Shown one piece after another: positions 25,301 through 27,908 of a DNA stretch of 27,908 nt. The stretch is from a virus (lineage: Duplodnaviria > Caudoviricetes). Position numbers and translations under genes: made by a program. The stretch covers positions 1 to 27,908 of the IMG/VR virus record IMGVR_UViG_3300047477_000084; one strand, given 5' to 3'. The notes beneath the pieces were generated by a model. That model had not been told where the DNA came from. It worked only from the letters and a program-made list of their open reading frames with translations, and did not search any database. The first letter of the stretch is position 1; the number at the start of each line of letters is the position of its first letter.

Positions 25301-26902
25301 GTGGTGCGCGACTTGTTTGCCGGCACCATCAATCTGACTGCTGATCAGGGAGGCAAGGTGGCGGCAAAGGCGCTGTCACACTGGCCGAAGGCGGGCGCGG
25401 CGATGTTCCGGTTTGCGCTGACCGGCAAGGCGCCAGCGGGAGAATACGGCAAGGCGCTGCAGCGTTACCGGGCTGCGGGCGGCTCTACCGGTGCGGCCTA
25501 TATGGGCGACCTTGAGCGTCAGGCCGATACGCTGCAAACGCTGTATGAGAACTACAGCGGGGCGATGGCCGCGATGCAGGAAGGTAAGCCGGTGAAAGCC
25601 GCCAAGATTGCCACGCGCAAATTGCTGGGCGGCCTGGCGCACTGGTTTGAGGTGTGGAATCAGGCCGGTGAAAACGCTTTCCGGCTGGCCACGTTCATGG
25701 CAATGGAAGATGCCGGCAAGACGGTGGCGCAGTCGTCCAGCATGGCCAAAAATGTGACGGTGAACTTTAACCGCAAGGGCGAGCTGACACCGCAGCTTGG
25801 CGGCTTGTATCTGTTTTTCAATCCAGGCGTGCAAGGCACGGCGCGGTTGTGGCAGTCGCTGGCAGGCAAAGATACCAAGCACAAGAAACTTGCATGGGCG
25901 CTGGTGGGGTCAATGGCGGTTGCGGCATTGGCGCTGGCGACGATGAACCGATGGATTGATGAAGATGAATGGGAGGCGATACCAGACAGCGTAAAGGATC
26001 GCAACCTGATTATATTTCTTGGCGGCAAGCGCCATATAACCATCCCAATGCCTTACGGATTTAGTTTTTTTGTGTCGCTGGCCAATCGGCTGGATGCGGT
26101 GATGCACGGCGAGTCGGCAGAAAAGGCCAGCATCCGTCTGGCGTCTGCGGTGTTCGAGAACTTTAGCCCGGTGGGGAACCCGGTTGGGGATGATCCTAAG
26201 CTGGAAAACACTCTGCTGCTGCTGCCTACTGCCCTGAAAATCCCGGCGCTGCCGGCGGCAAACCTGAGCGGCTTCGGCGGCCAGATGCGGCCGGAGTACG
26301 ACCGGAGCCAGCCTGATAACGAGAAGATGTGGCGTGGCACCCGAGGCAGTATGTATGACAAGGCGGCGCAGGCGATTTCCGGCGGGGCCGAATCAATCGG
26401 CATTGGCTCGCGCTACGAAAACGACTGGGCAGATATCAGCCCGGAAACGATCAAGTATCTGGTTAAAACGCTGACTGGCGGAACCGGGTCATTCATGGCC
26501 GACTCGGCTTCGCTGCTGAATGTGCTGGCCAGCGGATCAGCGCCGGATGTGTCGGAAGTGCCGTTTGTACGATCTGGCATGCGTGAATCAACGGTGAAGG
26601 ATGCCCGCGCCCGGTTCCATGAACTGGGCAATGAGGCCAAGGAGCATGTGGCCGCATGGAAACGGGCCGTGGATGCGGGTGACGACAAAGCTGCGACAGA
26701 GTACGAGCAGGATGGCGAGCTGATGGCGATGGGGGAAATGCTGGAAGGCTACCGCAAGCAGGCCAAGTCACTGCGCGACCTGATGGCATTGGAAATGCAG
26801 CGCGAGGATCTGACGCTGGCAGAAAAGCGGATGAAGCAGAAGGCCTACGAGAATCAGGAGGCCGAGGTTTACCGCGAGTTCATCAGGCAGTTTAAGCACT
26901 AG
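16373..26902 (+). CDS. Giant polyvalent internal virion protein (3509 aa): PRTase, LPD23-like, HExxH metallopeptidase-like x2, GNAT-like, ADP-ribosyltransferase, LPD38-like
   Basis: Uninterrupted ORF. PRPP loop LIVDDTLTQGGT (20465); TGWFKGADGKWRFEIDD (about 20950); HEIQH (21266); HELTH (21989); NFWRWFGDSKVVD.DGKPLVVYHG...EIVVFDPTQIKS (23708-24066); VNFNRKG..LYLFFN...QG C-terminal block. Confidence 0.9.
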   Translation: MSKKKTVFNAYDLLNSPEMSAYLDQVEAEESERQKRRDAEMAARQRRSGSKPGHSVSDDELSADDLKRDNIRQTTDDISGRANDVWQALKSGGAQLIQGAGWLANEAGAHDSGQFLRDIGQIGEDQALANMTPAGREAQKNGVFKEDLSGVNDDWGRGMAQGIAGSAVPSIVGAVLGAPVARGIGAAGEALLGRAAVSEGALGSVLDAAIKYTPAPVMRLAGALPGAAGAGAGEAAVTGATNGAQAYQEVMDAPIESLRKSTVFQSLSKELGSEDAARKAIADRMSIQTAKDTALSTGLIGAAMGGGAVGSLLNKFAVKQGANEVGRLGAKAAAKEVLKDGAKEFAEEFAQSGPEHYLQNAAKRDYLDPTIDPSTGMLRASLEGGVVGMGQGMGMSGGAHAVNRLLARNEPQPSQPANTPQQQPNTKPSSTPKSAASYDPIAPNQHALLRRMGIDADPVADEAAASVESIFGTGDPTAGLVASVMRGDAMQPIHDMAAVRANTVLPVGSNEGGLYEPQWLPDAASGESANGMRMPRRGFDSQEQLIANAGMDAQDMQRKADIASQVDAAWAQQQNPVQKARELESLAQESAVPVAIDRAEQSNQINQALANAAGDGVAVPNAMQLALQRAKAGGEAKLDGVVDVTPPASVESKAPNISKEAPNTSDQAPNISSEPALTMQQNERGQWMIKGDMAQHAQTIRDALPGTKLVVSQKSGQALVQMPADKNTGKQGKAIRKALDHLLLSGEQLAARDQQRADASERAKAANRHAQQIDPERDDIVNAVAKLGGIDTEQALSEWWRGQRETVGHYNAEVPGNLRRQGVFAFKRGGMTIDDMVRHLEGEGYLPHNATPNDLLDALENRSKHPAGYEADARREFDARQQEEQANAPGEFQQAYDEGGFADEFTKRELEEETDYFELNRQNREAAEDAAATAKAAALDALIDNAPVIPSRPGPVTEEELDAIFGQQSRNAAAEGAQTDREPAAGRSMEGAESGTATAEAAPEEDGFDLAGYTESDLRRQGREAEQQQREVERQRAAADKARQDEETRKEIRRRSEAAADTFTLGGNAEDNLTGQGGLFDAPAETIHKPINMVSKSDGSGFASRDALRAAATRDGVPQSSLIEKRDEAGNWIGLRHEPDGAIDRIITDQSRAGKVIGTSVRDLHSDDVYTLLMAASSKKQINAIADYIGKYAPRAAADAVKSRIDSALKQKGWATEESLYGGGLFSVAKGVRTAWADDMPDAIIQAPLNAMKDHPDYVAAKAGDVDAAARVVAATMQQTKIDEIRRLIGDRTPVIVPVHARESEGVNELPMAYANALGSVLGLDVTDTVIQAERVNRSSGDGWYRLANPVPFSGDVEPGVEYVLIVDDTLTQGGTLAGLKGHIESQGGKVILASTLTGKQYSAKLSLAKSTLKALRSQYGQLENWWRNTFGYGFDRLTEWEARYILASGKNADAIRTTISERRREARLRTDERDSQGESAAVPLKDAPRHSFAGRTARTADAHALSNAQSRLDVGDDAETVRQNTGWFKGADGKWRFEIDDSNAQLKRDSRDADQYADIFDEAASHAVPLADMLDHPALFAAYPQLKSAKVVVDHSLEVGGTYSDATRTITVKDPYSYSDGHDELKSVLLHEIQHAIQSKEGFALGTRPSYFDNQIAIANDDVKLWYAIKLIKSEMSRGLSGKKALASVIDAGINADEDHLDAAKSIRAEDIERYLNDAYAYVSKFESSYNMYWKAGGEVEARNVQARANLTADQRRNTPPSQTADVADQDVILVYNGKEMAHAPAIANAKDHTRTHGMPAKDLQAIIAKALPAHLRERVKVAQSRSNNAQQSARSEDRDLTEAEYDPATGQLTLYADAIPTPERALFVLSHELTHYGLDAKYGFGLSSILLEARNNPMIAKLAAAIAVDRGMAVNSVRQDIADARGVPVARVARSAAVHRLQVETANEALAELNAAIERNDFAYLQDRYGVAVPKMMRNNLRGRLSRLAASVKAWLAKLTGKQASDYSDKQVWDLLAGVRETVRGGGKEAGKGRESGDTLAESGDEWRDSGEKVAETMSSQSPSPIDAHRAIRRVLQALASVHNTGNDLFSYPKPSDSLKDIGDIAGVIDPGMKVGKPIIDKQTGDQNYIVTMPNGGTATIVVAGNVVYIDASQLEKTTGGGSMLYALAGAFAHNNGKVFHGDPADLSAVALFRRTENMASLALKYGTTDFIAPHFKQVDPTARRAFDPLEGRERTILWKESDKPIIERAASLPWGNDQDANFDNLMRASHDNTLSLVPELRDIHYDLANRQFVDGRGNVVTDADFKTILEGAAIRLRREGLGQLTAGQEDVQAKVGPWSVVGSRTAKSAIIYASLLRESRSDGGRRRILDWASSQLWGGGVIDPALRRTRYSKKQKQPDSAGFSLSEETKTQAAKTINVDGVTRPTTNSNGQPIAQTEEGLRNFWRWFGDSKVVDKDGKPLVVYHGGNVNDVFDKKFNGTGGGREGGFFFTPDIRQARDYAGTGDVKRVYLSLQNPAMTDVQLEIDEAQAALDSGYDGYWVIDDDLVDESEIVVFDPTQIKSATGNRGTFNSSDPNILRSTAPKQPASAGFSLSEETKTQAAQREVQDNMNRWKQVLENVREQGGQVDEQNDVYGAEERFHGRAATRIEDFARDEVEPLMERLADSGHTLQEVEQYLLAQHAEEANARIREIDDSRDTAFGMEDGEAQSILAKFAALPDAAEFKRLANDFRRISEGTLSLYVKAGIVAPDSAHAMRLAYQFYVPVKGGDEDQAARQGTGKGLSVNGKQKRRMGHDMRDEHVLENMLRDRQRAIVLAEKNNVGTYLLDLIERNPDPKLWTVNVLPKQKVLRDQVSYVVELNGQMLDAFNSMEAARVFIQAEAARTGSKPGAFAVSKSSDPYVTMMAKPTLQDHEVQVYVQGRAVRIQLHDPILAGQYRRMGTEQMGRIIEAGKSLNRWLSKVYTGYNPEFFVKNVVRDLFAGTINLTADQGGKVAAKALSHWPKAGAAMFRFALTGKAPAGEYGKALQRYRAAGGSTGAAYMGDLERQADTLQTLYENYSGAMAAMQEGKPVKAAKIATRKLLGGLAHWFEVWNQAGENAFRLATFMAMEDAGKTVAQSSSMAKNVTVNFNRKGELTPQLGGLYLFFNPGVQGTARLWQSLAGKDTKHKKLAWALVGSMAVAALALATMNRWIDEDEWEAIPDSVKDRNLIIFLGGKRHITIPMPYGFSFFVSLANRLDAVMHGESAEKASIRLASAVFENFSPVGNPVGDDPKLENTLLLLPTALKIPALPAANLSGFGGQMRPEYDRSQPDNEKMWRGTRGSMYDKAAQAISGGAESIGIGSRYENDWADISPETIKYLVKTLTGGTGSFMADSASLLNVLASGSAPDVSEVPFVRSGMRESTVKDARARFHELGNEAKEHVAAWKRAVDAGDDKAATEYEQDGELMAMGEMLEGYRKQAKSLRDLMALEMQREDLTLAEKRMKQKAYENQEAEVYREFIRQFKH
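18332..18391 (+). repeat. 3 x 21-nt tandem repeat (APNISKE/APNTSDQ/APNISS)
   Basis: GCYCCGAACA at 18332, 18353 and 18374. Confidence 0.8.
19257..19469 (+). CDS. Candidate nested +1-frame gene (70 aa) inside the giant gene
   Basis: GAGGA 8 nt upstream of ATG; amphipathic helices ARRLIESLPPEDQWKVLKVARQLQKL, while the host frame here is a disordered linker. Confidence 0.5.
   Translation: MPSSANNRETPQQKARRLIESLPPEDQWKVLKVARQLQKLRQKKMDSTLPATQKAISDAKGGKPSNSSEK
20561..20589 (+). promoter_or_regulatory. Candidate internal sigma70 promoter in PRTase codons
   Basis: TTGACG-N17-CAAACT (lacks the -12 T), about 40 nt upstream of nested ORF 20631. Confidence 0.35.
20631..20828 (+). CDS. Candidate nested +1-frame gene (start 20631, 20670 or 20727) overlapping the PRTase C-terminus
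   Basis: Helical MLTPSELQSLKDDAKRASARMKEILK; its stop coincides with the host domain boundary; SD weak. Confidence 0.45.
   Translation: MDNSKTGGAIHSDMALTASQSGKPDTSSPAARMLTPSELQSLKDDAKRASARMKEILKANPLPFH
22454..22549 (+). repeat. Helically phased GGCG array (10-11 nt period)
   Basis: GGCG at 22454, 22465, 22476, 22487, 22498, (GGTG 22508), 22518, 22529, 22540. Confidence 0.75.
23235..23525 (+). CDS. Candidate nested +1-frame gene (96 aa) overlapping the end of the GNAT-like domain
   Basis: GAGGG 9 nt upstream of ATG; protein-like LLEAARLKARLSTHPYYAKAAATEDGDAYWIGRAASY; followed 45 nt later by a terminator-like hairpin. Confidence 0.5.
   Translation: MTLLIDSLLTDVETSLQTQTLRPSLKELPYACAARDWDSLPLDRKMCRLRSARGQLLEAARLKARLSTHPYYAKAAATEDGDAYWIGRAASYGGAE
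23567..23622 (+). repeat. 56-bp direct repeat, copy 1 (contains an imperfect terminator hairpin)
   Basis: aaacaacccgAttcggcgggtttttctttgtccgaagaaaccaaaacccaagcagc; one mismatch to copy 2. Confidence 0.95.
24131..24186 (+). repeat. 56-bp direct repeat, copy 2
   Basis: aaacaacccgCttcggcgggtttttctttgtccgaagaaaccaaaacccaagcagc; 564 nt (188 codons) from copy 1. Confidence 0.95.
24135..24159 (+). terminator. Intragenic intrinsic terminator
   Basis: AACCCGC-TTCG-GCGGGTT then tttcttt; core identical to the intergenic terminator at 30-49. Confidence 0.65.
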
Positions 26903-26919
26903 GTTTATGCCTGGTGCTT
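26894..26919. other. Hairpin at convergent gene ends
   Basis: AAGCACTAGG-tttatg-CCTGGTGCTT spanning the giant-gene stop; no U tract. Confidence 0.4.
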
Positions 26920-26953
26920 GATGGATGACAGGGATAAGCGACTAGGCGAAATC

Positions 26954-27298
26954 CTAGTTGCAAACCCTGGCATAGCCGCTGCCGGTACACATCTTGCCGG
27001 TGCCGTAGTTGTAATAGGTGTTGCTGTCGCGGTTATAGTTCCACATATTGCCGTCGGCATCGGTGCCGCTCTGGTTGCCGCGCCGGTCGCTGTGGCTGCG
27101 CCACTGGCTGCCGGTGTTGGCGTTGTTGCCGTAAGTATCGCTGGAGCCATCTGCATAGCGGCTGGTGTTGGTCATATTGCCGGTGGACGGGTCATAGTGG
27201 CTGCTGCTGCGCGGCGTGCGTGGCTTGTATTCGTATGGGTTATCCCATGCCAGTGCGTTGCCGGCCAGCAGTGCCAGGATCAGTGCGGATAGTTTCAT
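26954..27298 (-). CDS. Secreted/periplasmic small protein (moron-like)
   Basis: AGGAG SD; Sec signal MKLSALILALLAGNALA; beta-hairpin repeats (TGN..GN.W); C-terminal Cys pair. Confidence 0.8.
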   Translation of the reverse strand: MKLSALILALLAGNALAWDNPYEYKPRTPRSSSHYDPSTGNMTNTSRYADGSSDTYGNNANTGSQWRSHSDRRGNQSGTDADGNMWNYNRDSNTYYNYGTGKMCTGSGYARVCN

Positions 27299-27369
27299 GG
27301 TTCAACTCCTTGTTGATGATGTGGGTTGGGCTGCAGGTATCTGCAGCATAGCGAAAAAGGGTGTGGCGC

Positions 27370-27414
27370 AAAACCCGCCCCTCGATGCTGATGCGATATG
27401 TGCGAGAGGCGGGG
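27370..27414 (-). terminator. Possible terminator after the antirepressor-like gene
   Basis: Minus strand CCCGCCTCTCG-N18-CGAGGGGCGGG-TTTT; long loop. Confidence 0.4.
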
Positions 27415-27428
27415 AGGGCAGGTTGGGG

Positions 27429-27908
27429 TTAAGCTGCGCGGCGCGGTATGTCGAACTTCTGGCCGGTCTTGCCGCAGATGCGGTTGATGTCGGCCAGCGT
27501 ATCGACGCAGCCCCACCATGCTTTGCCGACGGCTTGGGTCATGTCGGACATGGAGAGAATCACCATGTCAGGCTGAATCTCGTTCCAGACCAGATGACCT
27601 TCGGCGGTCATGTGTACCAGCCAGCGTTTGCTGGCGAATAGTTCCGGTAACGATAGCGCGGCAGTCGGCTCTGGCAGGGTTGCGCGAGTCAACAGGCTGA
27701 CGGCCTCGGCAAACTCATGGCGCGGGATGTCGCGATACGCCACACCAAAATGCGACTTGAGCTTGCTCCACATTTTGATGGCCGCGCCGCCCTGCTGTTC
27801 TTTGGGCAGGGTTTCAACGTGGGCTTTGACCAGCCCGCGCAAGTAGTCCTGCTCGTCTTTGGTCAGGGTGTCGGTTTTGCCCACTGAATACGGCGTTTCG
27901 TATTTGCC
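27429..27908 (-). CDS. Phage antirepressor-like protein, C-terminal part (ORF6C/P22AR-C type; 5' end outside the window)
   Basis: The frame stays open to the window edge (GKYETPYSVGKTDTL...). GKY resembles the end of a Bro-N domain, and WSKLKSHFGVAYRDIPRHEFAEAVSLL is the typical antirepressor C-terminal motif. Confidence 0.75.
   Translation of the reverse strand, partial: GKYETPYSVGKTDTLTKDEQDYLRGLVKAHVETLPKEQQGGAAIKMWSKLKSHFGVAYRDIPRHEFAEAVSLLTRATLPEPTAALSLPELFASKRWLVHMTAEGHLVWNEIQPDMVILSMSDMTQAVGKAWWGCVDTLADINRICGKTGQKFDIPRRAA

Larger units (their letters stand above)
1..27908 (+). mobile_element. Podovirus-like phage/prophage late (head-tail-ejectosome) region
   Basis: Co-oriented, tightly coupled genes in podoviral order: scaffold, capsid, adaptor, nozzle, fibre, ejection proteins, giant internal protein. 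No tape-measure/tail-tube set recognised. The antirepressor-like gene at the right end suggests a temperate lifestyle. No att sites visible. Confidence 0.93.

Noticed and set aside
26905-27292. Hydrophobic ORFs 26918..27292 (+) and 26905..27156 (-) as holin or membrane proteins
   Set aside because: Alternate-frame readings of the secreted protein gene, which has the SD and signal peptide
1-27908. tRNA/rRNA, IS elements, integrase, terminase, portal and lysis genes
   Set aside because: None recognisable in this window; the essential phage functions presumably lie outside it

Overview
This window is the virion-morphogenesis (late) region of a short-tailed, probably temperate dsDNA phage or prophage from a GC-rich host, almost entirely on the + strand. 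The order is: small post-portal ORF, scaffolding protein, N4-gp56-type major capsid protein, capsid decoration protein, a five-gene accessory structural block with a tandem paralogue pair, head-tail adaptor, tail nozzle, tail fibre and partners, and a permuted papain-like (YiiX/YaeF) enzyme. Several Gly/Ala/Gln-rich candidate ejection proteins follow, then a 3509-aa polyvalent protein (PRTase, LPD23-like, two HExxH motifs, GNAT-like, ADP-ribosyltransferase, LPD38-like C-terminus). On the - strand at the right end are a secreted moron-like protein and the 3' part of an antirepressor-like gene. The most interesting signal is inside the giant gene. It contains three protein-like ORFs nested in the +1 frame at module ends, a promoter-like sequence written into conserved codons, in-frame terminator hairpins, a 56-bp direct repeat that brackets the ART domain in frame, and a helically phased GGCG array. 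All family assignments come from motif recognition by eye; no searches were run.
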